NCBI GenBank assembly: GCA_051418015.1
Contig: JBPRGF010000033.1
Span: 192,001-256,000 of the forward strand
DNA length: 64,000 nucleotides
Reading direction: 5' to 3'
DNA from: Candidatus Nitrospinota bacterium M3_3B_026
GTDB taxonomy: Bacteria > Nitrospinota_A > UBA7883 > JBPRGF01
A program made the translations under genes and the position numbers. The notes below the pieces were generated by a model. The model had not been told where the DNA came from and did no database searches. It was given only the letters and a program-made list of their open reading frames with translations. Shown here in pieces: positions 30,613 to 40,575 of the stretch (the stretch's first letter is position 1; each line of letters begins with the position of its first letter).

Positions 30613-31881
30613 ATGCTCAAAAGCAAGCTAGTTGCTCTTTCCTCGCTGTTCATATTGTCTCTTGCCCTTTTCCCGGCGCGGGCGGCCGCGCAGGTGGCGG
30701 TGGATGGCGGCAGCGGCCTTTTTCACGTCCAGAGGGCGAAGACCCTCGGTGACCTTGGGTTTTACGGCGGCCTTTTTTACGAGACCTCCAATTACGACAG
30801 CCCCGCCGCGATAGACGACTACGAGATGCCTGTCTCGCTCACCCTCGGCCTTAAGGACAGCTTCGAGTTTTCCGTCTCCGCTCCATGGAGGAAATACGAC
30901 CCCGAGGGAGGGGATGCCGAGTCGGGAATATCGGACGGCATAGCCCGCGCCAAGTGGAACTTTTTTTACTCCGACAGGCACAGGCTGCGCCTTTCCGCCA
31001 TCGGCATGGCGACGCTGCCTTTGGGCGATGAGGACAAGGGCCTTGGCTCCGGCAAGACAAACCTCGGCGCGGCGCTCGCCCTGGACAAGGAGTACGACAG
31101 CGTCACCTGGAGCTTCAACGTCGGCTTCATGGGCCGCCAGGAGGAGGATCTGAACGACCAGGTTCTCTACGGCGCCGGGATAGAGTGGCGGCCGATCGAG
31201 AACCTGGGCGTCATCGGCGAGGTGAGCGGTTTTTCCTTCACCTCCAACGAACGATACATGGACGACAACACCACGGTCACCGGCGGCGTCCGCTATTACC
31301 TGGGCGACTGGGGCAGCGTCTCCGCGGCTTACGGCTCCTGGGGCGGCGGCTCCGGGCCGTCGAGCCCGAACTACATGTACATGGTTGGGATAACCCTGGG
31401 GATGCCCGCCAGGGAAAAACCCGTGGAAAAAGAAGAGGCGCCCGCCCCGCCGACCCCTGCGCCGGAGCCGAAACCCGCTCCCAAGCCAGCGCCGGAGCCT
31501 GCTCCATCCCCGCCTGCTCCCGCGCCGGAGCCGGAGGTTGTCACCATCAGGCTGGACCCGATCCACTTCAAGTTTGACAGCGCCGAGCTCACCGATGAGG
31601 CGAAGGGCATCCTTCGGCGCAACGGCGGGAAGGTGAAGGAGACCCCAGGCGCGCAGCTCACTATCGAGGGGAACACCTGCTGGATCGGGCCGAAGAGGTA
31701 TAACAAGAATCTTGGGCTGAGGCGCGCCATAGCCGCCAAGAAGTTCCTGATGAGCCTTGGGATCGAAGCGGACAACATCGTGATCCTGAGCCGCGGCGAG
31801 AGCAACCCCGCGGGCGACAACAAGACGCGCGAAGGCCGCAGGATGAATCGCCGGGTGGATTTTATCATCAAAGTCTGGTAG
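30613..31881 (+). CDS. OmpA family outer-membrane protein (beta-barrel, Pro-rich linker, OmpA C domain)
   Basis: Signal peptide, amphipathic strands, PAPEPKPAP linker, IHFKFDSAEL, RRA, GE, NRRVDF. GGAGG RBS before ATG 30613. Confidence 0.9.
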   Translation: MLKSKLVALSSLFILSLALFPARAAAQVAVDGGSGLFHVQRAKTLGDLGFYGGLFYETSNYDSPAAIDDYEMPVSLTLGLKDSFEFSVSAPWRKYDPEGGDAESGISDGIARAKWNFFYSDRHRLRLSAIGMATLPLGDEDKGLGSGKTNLGAALALDKEYDSVTWSFNVGFMGRQEEDLNDQVLYGAGIEWRPIENLGVIGEVSGFSFTSNERYMDDNTTVTGGVRYYLGDWGSVSAAYGSWGGGSGPSSPNYMYMVGITLGMPAREKPVEKEEAPAPPTPAPEPKPAPKPAPEPAPSPPAPAPEPEVVTIRLDPIHFKFDSAELTDEAKGILRRNGGKVKETPGAQLTIEGNTCWIGPKRYNKNLGLRRAIAAKKFLMSLGIEADNIVILSRGESNPAGDNKTREGRRMNRRVDFIIKVW

Positions 31882-32076
31882 CCGGCGAGAGCGAGGGCGC
31901 CGGGTTTCCTTCTTTTGCGGGAGGCGGGTTCGGCGGCGCGTCTTGGAAAGCCTTTCCCCCGGGAACGCCGTCCTCGCGCTCGTATTCGGAAAGAGGGGAG
32001 GCGTTTTCGCTGGACCCCGGAATTCGTTCATGGCGCTGGACGCGCAAGACGCGGGACAGATAAACCTGGGAAGCGG

Positions 32077-33360
32077 ATGAGATATAACATCGCTATGCCG
32101 CTCGCCATCGCGGCGCTGGTCTTCACTTTCCTTCTCTCACACTCCGGCGCGGCGGCGGAAGAGCCGGACATCCCGGAAGATTACAATTGCGTCAACTGCC
32201 ACCTGATGATGGAGGATGACATCCTCACTCCTCCCGTTGAGAGATGGAAGGAGTCCGTACACAGCCGCGCGGGTGTGCTGTGCCACGACTGCCATGGCGG
32301 CGATCCGGCCGACGAGGCCATGGCGATGGAGCCGGAGGCGGGGTTCATCGGCGCCCCCTCGCGGGAGGATATCCCGAAGCTTTGCGCCAAATGCCACGCC
32401 GACGCGAAGCTCATGCGCGTCTACAACCAGCGGGCGGACCAGTACGCCCTTTACAAGGGCAGCGTCCACGGCAGGAGGCTCGCCGAGGGGGACGCCGAGG
32501 TGGCGACGTGCGTCGACTGTCACGGCAAACACAGGATACTCCCCTCCAAGGACCCGAAGTCCACCGTGGCCCGGGCGAACGTCCCGGAGACCTGCGGCGG
32601 CTGCCACGCCAGGAAGGAAGTTTTCGAAAAGCGCAGGATGCCCCACAACCAGCTGGAGCTTTACAAGAAAAGCAGGCACTACGAGCTTTTCGCCGAGGGC
32701 GACCTGCTGGTCCCCACCTGCGTTGACTGCCATGGAAACCACGGCGTCATGTCCCCCAGGGCCGAGCGCGTCCAGACGGTCTGTTTCAACTGCCACGCCC
32801 AGAGCGCCGAATACTATAAAGCCAGCGCGCACTGGAGCGCCTACAAGGAGGCTGGCGAGCCGGTCTGCATAACCTGCCACGGCAATCACGACGTCCCGCG
32901 CCCCACGGTGGGGAAATTCACCGGCGAGACGGAGAGGGACTGCATATGGTGCCACCCGGAGGACTCCGCGGCGTACAAGACGGGGCTTGAGTTGAAGAGC
33001 GTCATAGTCTCTACGGCGGGCGCCGTGGAACGGGCGGAGGCGGCCCTGGATGAGTTCGAACGAGGGGCGCATGGCGGGTTCGAGGTGACGGACCTGAAAA
33101 AGGAGATGGATAAGGCCGCGGCGAAGGTCAAGGAGATTCATACCCTGACGCATAAGATGAGCGCGGAAGATATCAAGAAGCGTTCCGAGGGGATCATCCA
33201 GATCGCTGACATGGTAAGCGGCCGGGTGGACAAGATGTGGGTGGAGATAAGGACCCGAAAGATCGGGCTGGTCCTGGCGTGGGTGGTTTTTCTCGGTTTC
33301 GCGGGGGTCTTGGCCGCCAAGTCCAGGGCCCTTGAGCGAAGGCGCGAGATGGAGGATTGA
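32077..33360 (+). CDS. Membrane-anchored multiheme cytochrome c (9 CxxCH)
   Basis: CVNCH, CHDCH, CAKCH, CVDCH, CGGCH, CVDCH, CFNCH, CITCH, CIWCH. Signal peptide and C-terminal TM helix. Start 32077 or 32095. Confidence 0.9.
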   Translation: MRYNIAMPLAIAALVFTFLLSHSGAAAEEPDIPEDYNCVNCHLMMEDDILTPPVERWKESVHSRAGVLCHDCHGGDPADEAMAMEPEAGFIGAPSREDIPKLCAKCHADAKLMRVYNQRADQYALYKGSVHGRRLAEGDAEVATCVDCHGKHRILPSKDPKSTVARANVPETCGGCHARKEVFEKRRMPHNQLELYKKSRHYELFAEGDLLVPTCVDCHGNHGVMSPRAERVQTVCFNCHAQSAEYYKASAHWSAYKEAGEPVCITCHGNHDVPRPTVGKFTGETERDCIWCHPEDSAAYKTGLELKSVIVSTAGAVERAEAALDEFERGAHGGFEVTDLKKEMDKAAAKVKEIHTLTHKMSAEDIKKRSEGIIQIADMVSGRVDKMWVEIRTRKIGLVLAWVVFLGFAGVLAAKSRALERRREMED

Positions 33361-33397
33361 CCGGCCCGTGGCGGATCAGAAGGAAACCGTCAAGCGA

Positions 33398-33652
33398 ATG
33401 GGCGAGACGCCCTTGACTGCGGCTGAGCGCGCGGGGCGGCCTTCCCGGATCACTCTTGCCCTTAGGCTTGTTTTCCTTCCCGTTCTTGCGCTGGCGGGGG
33501 GGCTTTTCCTGCGGGGTGGGCTTTTCCGGGGTGTCGAGGGGCTCAAGGAGGCCGTGAACGGAGCGGCTTTATCGTTTGTCACCGAGGCCAGGCGCTACGA
33601 AAAGTTTTATGGCGCCCCCGAAGCGCTGGAAGAGAAAACAGGAAAAATCTGA
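33398..33652 (+). CDS. Small hypothetical membrane protein
   Basis: One hydrophobic stretch (LVFLPVLALAGGLFL). Fills the gap after the cytochrome gene. Start uncertain. Confidence 0.4.
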   Translation: MGETPLTAAERAGRPSRITLALRLVFLPVLALAGGLFLRGGLFRGVEGLKEAVNGAALSFVTEARRYEKFYGAPEALEEKTGKI

Positions 33653-33691
33653 CTGGGACGGCGCGCACGGCATGGGGACCGGGAGCGCCTG

Positions 33692-35425
33692 CTAGACCTT
33701 CTCCCTCTTTCCGGCCCAGCAGGAGAAGGTTATAGCGTCGGAGGGGCAGACAGCCTTGCAGAAGGCGCACCTGATGCACTTGTCCCGGTCTATGACTATT
33801 CCCGTGATTCCCTGCTCCTTGAGGCCGATCCCCTCGTTGAGCCAGCGGTTGTGCTGAAGCTCGGTGAGGGGGGTGATGGAGAGGCAGTACTCCGGACAGA
33901 CATCAACGCAGTTGGCGCACATGATGCAGTTTTCGGGGATGTAAGTCCACAGGTAGTTGCACTGGAAGCAACGCTTGGCCTCCAGGATCGCCTTCTCCTT
34001 CGTAACGCCCTTGTCCACGGGGCCGAAGGTCGACTTCCGCCTGTATATGTCCAGGTGGTCGTTTGGCTGACGCTCGATAAGGTCGTACTGCTCGGCCTTG
34101 TCCTCCGGCTCGCCGGCGTCGTACAGCTTGAATTCCTGCCGTTCGACCTCGACGTCCTCGATCTCTCCGTTCCGCAGGTGCTTGTCGATAGCCACCGCCG
34201 CGGCGTGTCCTTCGGCGATGACCTTTATGGCGTGCTGCGTCCCGGTGACGAAATCTCCGCAGGAGAAGACGCCGGGCAGGCTGGTCGTCCAGTTGTCCAC
34301 GTCCACCTCGACGTTCCCCCACTTGTTCGTCTTCAGACCCTGGTTTTCTATGACCCCGTTGTCGGGCGCCTGCGACACCGCCGGGGCCACGACGTCGCAG
34401 TCCATGACGAACTCCGACCCCTCGACGGGGACGGGCCTGCGCCTGCCGGAGGCGTCCGGCTCGCCCAACTCGTTCTTTATAAGCTTCAGCCCGGTGACCC
34501 TGCCGTCCGGGCCGCCGACGACCTCCAGCGGCGAGACAAGATAATGGAACTTCACCCCCTCGTCCTCGGCCTCCTCGATCTCCTCCGGGACGACGGGTAT
34601 CTCGTCCCTCGTCCTGCGGTAGACGATGTGCACCTCCCGCGCGCCGAGGCGAATCGCCGTGCGCGAGACGTCCATGGCGGTGAATCCCCCGCCGACGACC
34701 ACCACCTTCTTCCCCGCCACGTCCGGCGGCTCGCCCTTGTTCACCTTGTACATGAAGGTGGCGCCGTGGTAGACGCCGTCGAGCTCCTCCCCGGGGACGT
34801 TGAGCCTGGCCGCTTTCCAGGCCCCCGCGGCGATAAGGATCGCCTGATATCCTTCCTTCAGCTCCTCGAGGGTGATGTCTTTGCCCACGCGGGTGTTGTA
34901 CCGTATGTCCACCCCCGCTTTCTCGATCATTCCCACCTCGCGGTCGATCACCTCCCTGGGCAGCCGGTAGGCGGGGATGCCGTAGCGGAGCATCCCGCCG
35001 GGATGGGCCTCCGACTCGAAGACCGTGACGCGGTAGCCGAGCTTGGCCAGGTCGTAAGCCGCCGTCAGCCCCGCCGGGCCCGCGCCGATCACCGCCACCT
35101 TCTCCAGGTTCCCCGCGCCGACGACGGGCGGATCCAGTTCCAGGCCGGAGTATTCCGTCGCCGCGTATTTCAGCGAGCGTATGGAGACGGGCCTGTCGAG
35201 CTTGCCGCGGTTGCACCCGGTCTCGCAGGGGTGCTGGCAGACCCTCGCGCAGACGGAGGGGAAGGGGTTCGTCTCCAGTATCAGGGCGTGGGCGTCGGCC
35301 CATCTGCCCTCGGAGATCAGATGGATGTACCCCTGCACGTCCGTGTGCACCGGACAGTATGCCTGGCAGGGGATATCCTCGTATGTCCTGGGGTCGTACA
35401 GGAAATCGTATTTTCTATCGGCCAT
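33692..35425 (-). CDS. GltD/NfnB/DsrL-like FAD-dependent NAD(P) oxidoreductase with C-terminal 2x[4Fe-4S] ferredoxin
   Basis: PCQAYCP, CARVCQHPCETGC, GAGPAG, GGGFTA, VYRR, RCFQC, CIMCANCVDVCP, CIRCAFCKAVCP. GGAGG RBS before ATG 35425. Confidence 0.9.
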   Translation of the reverse strand: MADRKYDFLYDPRTYEDIPCQAYCPVHTDVQGYIHLISEGRWADAHALILETNPFPSVCARVCQHPCETGCNRGKLDRPVSIRSLKYAATEYSGLELDPPVVGAGNLEKVAVIGAGPAGLTAAYDLAKLGYRVTVFESEAHPGGMLRYGIPAYRLPREVIDREVGMIEKAGVDIRYNTRVGKDITLEELKEGYQAILIAAGAWKAARLNVPGEELDGVYHGATFMYKVNKGEPPDVAGKKVVVVGGGFTAMDVSRTAIRLGAREVHIVYRRTRDEIPVVPEEIEEAEDEGVKFHYLVSPLEVVGGPDGRVTGLKLIKNELGEPDASGRRRPVPVEGSEFVMDCDVVAPAVSQAPDNGVIENQGLKTNKWGNVEVDVDNWTTSLPGVFSCGDFVTGTQHAIKVIAEGHAAAVAIDKHLRNGEIEDVEVERQEFKLYDAGEPEDKAEQYDLIERQPNDHLDIYRRKSTFGPVDKGVTKEKAILEAKRCFQCNYLWTYIPENCIMCANCVDVCPEYCLSITPLTELQHNRWLNEGIGLKEQGITGIVIDRDKCIRCAFCKAVCPSDAITFSCWAGKREKV

Positions 35426-35528
35426 AAAAAACCTCCCGCGCCGCCGTTTCATGAGGGGCTGGTTGAGCTTCCATTATAACCCAGCGCCCCGGCCACCTGC
35501 CACCCGGCGGTTTTCCGCTCTCCTTGAT

Positions 35529-35691
35529 TGTCATGCTGAACTTGTTTTGGCATCTAAAGCCGCGTCGAGGCGCGACCCTGGAACAAGTTCAAGGCGCCAG
35601 CCCCCTTCCCTTAGCGGGAGAGGACAAAAGGGGAGGGGGTATTGAATTATACACCCCCTCCTCAATCCTCCCCTTCAAGGGGGAGGATGAT
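35529..35691. repeat. Mosaic of family B-like element and reverse family A element
   Basis: TGTCATGCTGAACTTGTT..GAACAAGTTCAAGG, then CCCCTTCCC..GGGAGAGG..GGGAGGGGGT-AT spacer-ACCCCCTCC..CCTCCCTTCAAGGGGGAGGATGA. Confidence 0.8.
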
Positions 35692-35697
35692 CTTGCT

Positions 35698-36984
35698 CTA
35701 CTGCAGCGTCTTCAGGTACTCCACAAGCTCGGCTATCTGGTCCTCGTTCAGGTTGAACTGCGGCATGAACGATTTCTGAGACACCGACCGCGGGTCCTTG
35801 AAATGCTTGACCATCCACTCATCCTTGCGGCGCTTGCCGACCTTGGACAGGTCCGGCCCGATCTTGCCGCCCTTGCCGTGGATGGTGTGGCAGACCCAGC
35901 AGTTGTATTTCAGGAAGAGCTTTTCGCCCTCGGACAGTTTCGCGTATTCTTCCGGCGTATAGAGGCCGGCGATCTGCTGCTGCACCTGGCCGCGCTTTTC
36001 GGCCAGCTCCTTGACCTCGGGCCTGTAGCGGTACTTGACCGGGATGTCGCTCTCCCTCATCGAATAGACCCACACCGTCAGCTTGTGCGCCATCTCCTCG
36101 GACATGTTGAAGTTCGGCATGATCGTCTCCTCTATGCCGTGCTCCGGATCGTCCGGGGTGATCTTCTTCGGATCGATGAAATGCTGGAAGGTCCAGCTAT
36201 ACTTGGTCTTTTCCCCTTCCACGTACTTCATCATGTGGGTACCTTCGAACTCGTGCTCCGTGGTCTCCCCGTACCCGGAGAGGTCCGGCGCGACGACCTC
36301 GCCGATGCCGTATATCGTGTGGCAGAAGTCGCACCTTATCTCCAGCTCGTTCTGCCCGGCGGCGAAGTCCCTGGCGTCCATTATCATCTCCGCGCCGGGG
36401 AGGAACCCGTAATCCTCCGGCCGGGTCAGCTCCTCGTGGCACTGTGAGCAGGAGGCCTGGACCATGCTCCACTCGCCGGTGGGGTACATGGGATGCTCCC
36501 AATGGGGGATGCCCCTTGCGTGGGCCTCTTTTTCGTTCGTGGCCCGCCCCTGCCCCTGGTGGCAGACGGTGCATCCGACATTGTTGAACCTGTGGATGAT
36601 CGTCCCGTCGTCCATTATGTGGGCGGCCTCGTGGTAGCTGAAAGGCTGGGGGGCGTCCTTCATGTTCGGGTTGTCCACACCCAGGTGGCACGATGTGCAC
36701 CTGTCGGCGATCCCCAGCTCGTCGTTCCATATCTGCCTGATCTCTATGGGGAACCGGGCCGCCTCCTGCTTTTTCACGGGGTCGGTCTCGATGCTGACGA
36801 GCATGTCGCGGTACTGGCGCTGGTAGTCCCTCCATTGCGGGGTGAAGTCCTCGTAGGTGGTCAGGCCGAAAAGTACCAGCAGCGAAAACGACAAAAAGAC
36901 GTAAAGGACGGCCTTGTCACGCTTCCAGAGGGCTATGACGCCCGCCACGTTGGCCAGCAGGATCAGCGCTACTATAATCTTCAT
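35698..36984 (-). CDS. Pentaheme cytochrome c subunit of Rieske/cytochrome b complex
   Basis: Two N-terminal TM helices; CTSCH, CTVCH, CSQCH, CDFCH, CWVCH; two MPxF Met ligands. Confidence 0.9.
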   Translation of the reverse strand: MKIIVALILLANVAGVIALWKRDKAVLYVFLSFSLLVLFGLTTYEDFTPQWRDYQRQYRDMLVSIETDPVKKQEAARFPIEIRQIWNDELGIADRCTSCHLGVDNPNMKDAPQPFSYHEAAHIMDDGTIIHRFNNVGCTVCHQGQGRATNEKEAHARGIPHWEHPMYPTGEWSMVQASCSQCHEELTRPEDYGFLPGAEMIMDARDFAAGQNELEIRCDFCHTIYGIGEVVAPDLSGYGETTEHEFEGTHMMKYVEGEKTKYSWTFQHFIDPKKITPDDPEHGIEETIMPNFNMSEEMAHKLTVWVYSMRESDIPVKYRYRPEVKELAEKRGQVQQQIAGLYTPEEYAKLSEGEKLFLKYNCWVCHTIHGKGGKIGPDLSKVGKRRKDEWMVKHFKDPRSVSQKSFMPQFNLNEDQIAELVEYLKTLQ

Positions 36985-37004
36985 ATCCTAAAGCCCTCCG
37001 CCCC

Positions 37005-37835
37005 TCATATGTTGAAGTAAGGGGTGGTGATTATGTATTTGTATCCGAAGGTGAGCCGCAACAGCACCTTGGCCACCACCGACAAGGTCAGTAGAACATG
37101 CGCCTGGATGATGACGTACCGGATCATGCCCAGCTTCTCGAAATAGTCCCGCGCCATGACGGCGAGCTTGTTGGAGCCGCCGAGCCTTGCGAAAAGGAGC
37201 GGAGCGACCATCCCGCCGCCGAAGAAGATGACCAGGGACAAAAGGCCGATGGAGTTCGGCATGTTCTCCAGCATGGCCTCCGACACCTTCAGGGGCACGC
37301 CGGCATACGTCCACTCGCTCCCCCCTATCGGGTAGTCGAAATAGGGCCAGTAAAACTCCCAGCTCGGCCCGCGGAACCACTGCCCGACGGCAATCAGGAG
37401 GAACCAAAGGAAAAGCCCGAAGGAGAAGAAGGCGAAGGCGAACTTCCTGTCCTTGGTCCCGTAGCGGCCCTGGGCCCATGGGGATATGTCCACGTATGGT
37501 ATGAGCATCAGCCCTATGACGATGTGTGTCGGCAGCAGGACGCCCGCTATCCACGGGTCGAAGTAGACCAAAAGCTCCTGCAGGCCGATGAAATACCACG
37601 GCGCCTTGGCCGGGTTCGGCGTCTTGGCCCAGGCGGCCTCCTCCTCGAGCGGCGCGTCGAAAAGGAACGCCGCGCCCCAGATGACCACCGTTATGAACAG
37701 CATCGACAGGAAGACTATCCACACGAAGTAGGGCCACGAGGGAACCCTGGGATAGTCCGGCTTGTTGGACAACATGTAGCCCGACTTGGCCGGGTTCACT
37801 TCCGTTTCAGACATCAATTCAGTCCCGTCACTCAT
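37005..37835 (-). CDS. Cytochrome b C-terminal / subunit IV (PetD-like)
   Basis: WPY, APLEE, TPNPAKAPWYFIGLQELL, LIPYVD. Multiple TM helices. Confidence 0.85.
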   Translation of the reverse strand: MSDGTELMSETEVNPAKSGYMLSNKPDYPRVPSWPYFVWIVFLSMLFITVVIWGAAFLFDAPLEEEAAWAKTPNPAKAPWYFIGLQELLVYFDPWIAGVLLPTHIVIGLMLIPYVDISPWAQGRYGTKDRKFAFAFFSFGLFLWFLLIAVGQWFRGPSWEFYWPYFDYPIGGSEWTYAGVPLKVSEAMLENMPNSIGLLSLVIFFGGGMVAPLLFARLGGSNKLAVMARDYFEKLGMIRYVIIQAHVLLTLSVVAKVLLRLTFGYKYIITTPYFNI

Positions 37836-37848
37836 ATGTCAACGCCAA

Positions 37849-38652
37849 TCACATAGGCCCGGAGAAGCCGTCTTTGCGGATTCTCCAGAAATGGAAAACC
37901 ATCAGCCCCGTGGCCACCAGCGGCAGGGCCACGCAGTGCCACACGTAGGCGCGGATCAGCGCGTTCGGGCCGACCCTCGTGCCGCCCAGTATGGCGAACC
38001 TTATGTCGTTGTCTATCCTCACCCCCAGCAGATCCGAGAAGGGGCCTTCATAGCCGATGAACGGCGTGGCGGAGGCCATGTTGGTCCCCACGGTGACGGC
38101 CCAGAACCCGAGCTGGTCCCACGGCAGCAGGTAGCCGGTGAAGGACAGCAGGAGCGTTATAACCAGGAGCAGCACCCCCACCACCCAGTTGAACTGCCGC
38201 GGGGGCTTGTAGGACCCGGTGTAGAACACCCTGGCCATGTGCAATATCACCGAGAAGACCATCCCGTGCGCCGCCCACCGGTGCATGTTCCTGAGGACGC
38301 GGCCGTAGGGGACCATGAAGTAAAGGTCTTTCATGTCGTTGAAGGCGCGGTGCTCCTCCGGCACGTAATAGAACATCAGGATCACCCCCGTCAGCGTCAG
38401 CAGCAGGAAAAGGAAGAGGGTGATCCCCCCCATGCACCACGTATAATAAAGCTTGAGGCCGTGGACGCCCACCTTGGTGGGGAGTATGTGCATAATGAAG
38501 CTCGAGCGCATGACGGCCATGCGCTTGAGCAGGGAGTTCGGGAACCCAACTCTGAAAATCGATTTCCACACGAAGCTTTCGGTGACGGCGTCGGCGAGCC
38601 TTTCCAGGGCTCCCCTGTTTTTCTTTCCGTTGTCAGACGGCCTGTCCGTCAT
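37849..38652 (-). CDS. Cytochrome b6-type N-terminal subunit (PetB/QcrB-like)
   Basis: WCMGGIT (heme ci Cys), [26 protein letters not shown]-x14-H in helix D. Confidence 0.93.
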   Translation of the reverse strand: MTDRPSDNGKKNRGALERLADAVTESFVWKSIFRVGFPNSLLKRMAVMRSSFIMHILPTKVGVHGLKLYYTWCMGGITLFLFLLLTLTGVILMFYYVPEEHRAFNDMKDLYFMVPYGRVLRNMHRWAAHGMVFSVILHMARVFYTGSYKPPRQFNWVVGVLLLVITLLLSFTGYLLPWDQLGFWAVTVGTNMASATPFIGYEGPFSDLLGVRIDNDIRFAILGGTRVGPNALIRAYVWHCVALPLVATGLMVFHFWRIRKDGFSGPM

Positions 38653-38685
38653 GAGAATAGCTCCTCTCCTCGTTTTATGAGCCGC

Positions 38686-39276
38686 CTAGGCGTTGAGCCG
38701 CAGGAAGTACGGCTCCTCCCTTATGTCCTTCATTTCTTTGTCGGTCCAGGTCGGCAGCAGGGTCTGCTTGGCGTATTGAAGCTCCGGCCTCTTTATCCCC
38801 AGCAGGCCGGTGGTCACTATCATCGAGCCGTCCGGGGCGAGCTTTATCTTCGCCCTGAACAAAGGCAGCGGCGCCGGGCCGGAGACCACCTCACCCTCCA
38901 AGTTGTAGTTCGATCCGTGGCAAGGGCATTTGAACCTCTGCTCGCCGGGGAACCAGTTCGGCGTGCAACCAAGGTGCGTGCAGACGGCGACCATGGCGTA
39001 TATGCCGGCGTTGTTCCTGACCAGCCATACCCTTTGCGACTTCTTGAACCTCTCGTCCACCACCACCTCGCCCGGAGTGGTCGGCGCAAGGTAGTCCGAC
39101 GGCCTGCCGGCGTTGAAGGTGGTCTGCGGCTCGTAAAGAACGCCGGGATAGAAAAACTTCGCGAAGCCCGCCGCGGAGCCTGCGCAGAAGACGCACAGCG
39201 AAGACCAGCCCGTTACGAGGAAAAACTTTCTCCTCGACGGATCCGTTCCGGGCGAGATGGAGTCGAAATCGTCCAT
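38686..39276 (-). CDS. Rieske iron-sulfur subunit (PetC/QcrA-like)
   Basis: Tat motif [27 protein letters not shown]. Confidence 0.95.
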   Translation of the reverse strand: MDDFDSISPGTDPSRRKFFLVTGWSSLCVFCAGSAAGFAKFFYPGVLYEPQTTFNAGRPSDYLAPTTPGEVVVDERFKKSQRVWLVRNNAGIYAMVAVCTHLGCTPNWFPGEQRFKCPCHGSNYNLEGEVVSGPAPLPLFRAKIKLAPDGSMIVTTGLLGIKRPELQYAKQTLLPTWTDKEMKDIREEPYFLRLNA

Positions 39277-39493
39277 CCTAACTCTCCCCCTTATGAATTT
39301 TTCAGCGCCTGGCTGAAAGGCTGGCTGCCTGTCAAAGGTTTAAAAAAAAACTTCTAAACTTTGCGGTGTTCAGGATATAAGCTGACGGCTTTTATAGCAT
39401 AGAGAAATCACTATGGCAATTTTTTTTTGAATCTTTTTTAAACTTTCAGGAATCATAATGGGTTACGGTGATGAAATCCGCGGAGCGGCTTTT

Positions 39494-40081
39494 TTATCCC
39501 AGCATCCTGAGCGCCTCTTTCAGGGCCGTCTCGACGCCTGAGTCTCCGCTTTCGCGCAGAGCCCGCGCCGCCGCCCGCTTGGCCTCGTCTTTTTTGTATC
39601 CCAGCGACACCAGCGCCTCCATCACGGGATCAAGGCGCCCATCCCCCGCGGCCTCCGGCCCCTCTTTTCCCGCGCTCATCCACTCGAATTTGTCCTGAAG
39701 CTCCATGACCAGCCTCTCGGCCGTTTTTTTCCCTATCCCCGGCGCGGCGCTCAGGCGGGCGATATCCTTTTCCATGACGGCCCTGGCCAGCTGCTCACAG
39801 GTCAGGCCCGAGAGAACTCCAAGGGCCAGCCGGGGCCCGACCTTGCTGACGCCGATGAGCATCTCGAAAACCTCTCTCTCCCTCTCCGCGGCGAACCCGA
39901 AAAGCTGGATCGCGTCCTCTCTAACGCTTGTGTACACGTGAAGCGCCGCCATCTCGCCCTCGCCGGGCAGGGCGTAGAAGGTGTTGAGGGAGACGTAGAC
40001 CTCGTATCCCACGCCGCCGGTCTCCACGACGACGCGGGTCGGCTTTTTCGAGGCGAGCCTCCCGGAAAGCCAGGCGATCAT
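39494..40081 (-). CDS. ruvA: Holliday junction branch migration protein RuvA
   Basis: GGVGYEV, VREDAIQLFGF, PGIGKKTAERL, ALVSLGY. Confidence 0.97.
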   Translation of the reverse strand: MIAWLSGRLASKKPTRVVVETGGVGYEVYVSLNTFYALPGEGEMAALHVYTSVREDAIQLFGFAAEREREVFEMLIGVSKVGPRLALGVLSGLTCEQLARAVMEKDIARLSAAPGIGKKTAERLVMELQDKFEWMSAGKEGPEAAGDGRLDPVMEALVSLGYKKDEAKRAAARALRESGDSGVETALKEALRMLG

Positions 40082-40572
40082 CGGGCCTTCAGCCTGTCCA
40101 GCCTGGCGTGACTCAGGTGGGTGATGGCGATGGCCAGGGCGTCGGAGGCGTCGTAGGAGGAGGGGGGCTCGTCCATGGACAAAAGACGCTTTACCATTTC
40201 GCGGACCTGCGCCTTGTCCGCCTTGCCGTAGCCGGCCACGGCCTGCTTGACGGCGTTGGGGGAATATTCGGCCACGGGAAGACCCATCGTCTCCGCCACC
40301 AGCATGATGACCCCCCTGGCGTGGCCCAGCTTGAGGGCGCTCTGGGGGTCCATGGCGAAAAAGCTCTTCTCCAGCGCCAGAAACTCCGGCCCGGTCTTTC
40401 CTATGACCTCTCTTAAGCCGTCGGCGATCGTTTTCATCCTGTGGGGCATGGAAGCGCCCCTTTTCGCCCTGATGACCCCGCAGCCGTGGAAGCGCGGCGC
40501 GCCGCCCCGGGTCTCGGAGACTATCCCGTAGCCGGTGGCCAGGGTACCGGGGTCGACGCCGATCACGATCAC
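40078..40572 (-). CDS. ruvC: Crossover junction endodeoxyribonuclease RuvC
   Basis: GVDPG..TGYG, ALE, LGHARG, KQAVAGYGKADK, DASDALAIA. Confidence 0.97.
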   Translation of the reverse strand: MIVIGVDPGTLATGYGIVSETRGGAPRFHGCGVIRAKRGASMPHRMKTIADGLREVIGKTGPEFLALEKSFFAMDPQSALKLGHARGVIMLVAETMGLPVAEYSPNAVKQAVAGYGKADKAQVREMVKRLLSMDEPPSSYDASDALAIAITHLSHARLDRLKAR

Positions 40573-40575
40573 TTT

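Noticed and set aside
31660..31700. OmpA C domain has GNTC instead of GHTD
   Set aside because: Variants at this position occur in OmpA-like domains and the RRA/NRRV motifs are retained; weak signal.
39277..39493. ruvB missing after ruvA; aroA missing between tyrA and cmk
   Set aside because: Probably located elsewhere in the genome; cannot be judged from one window.
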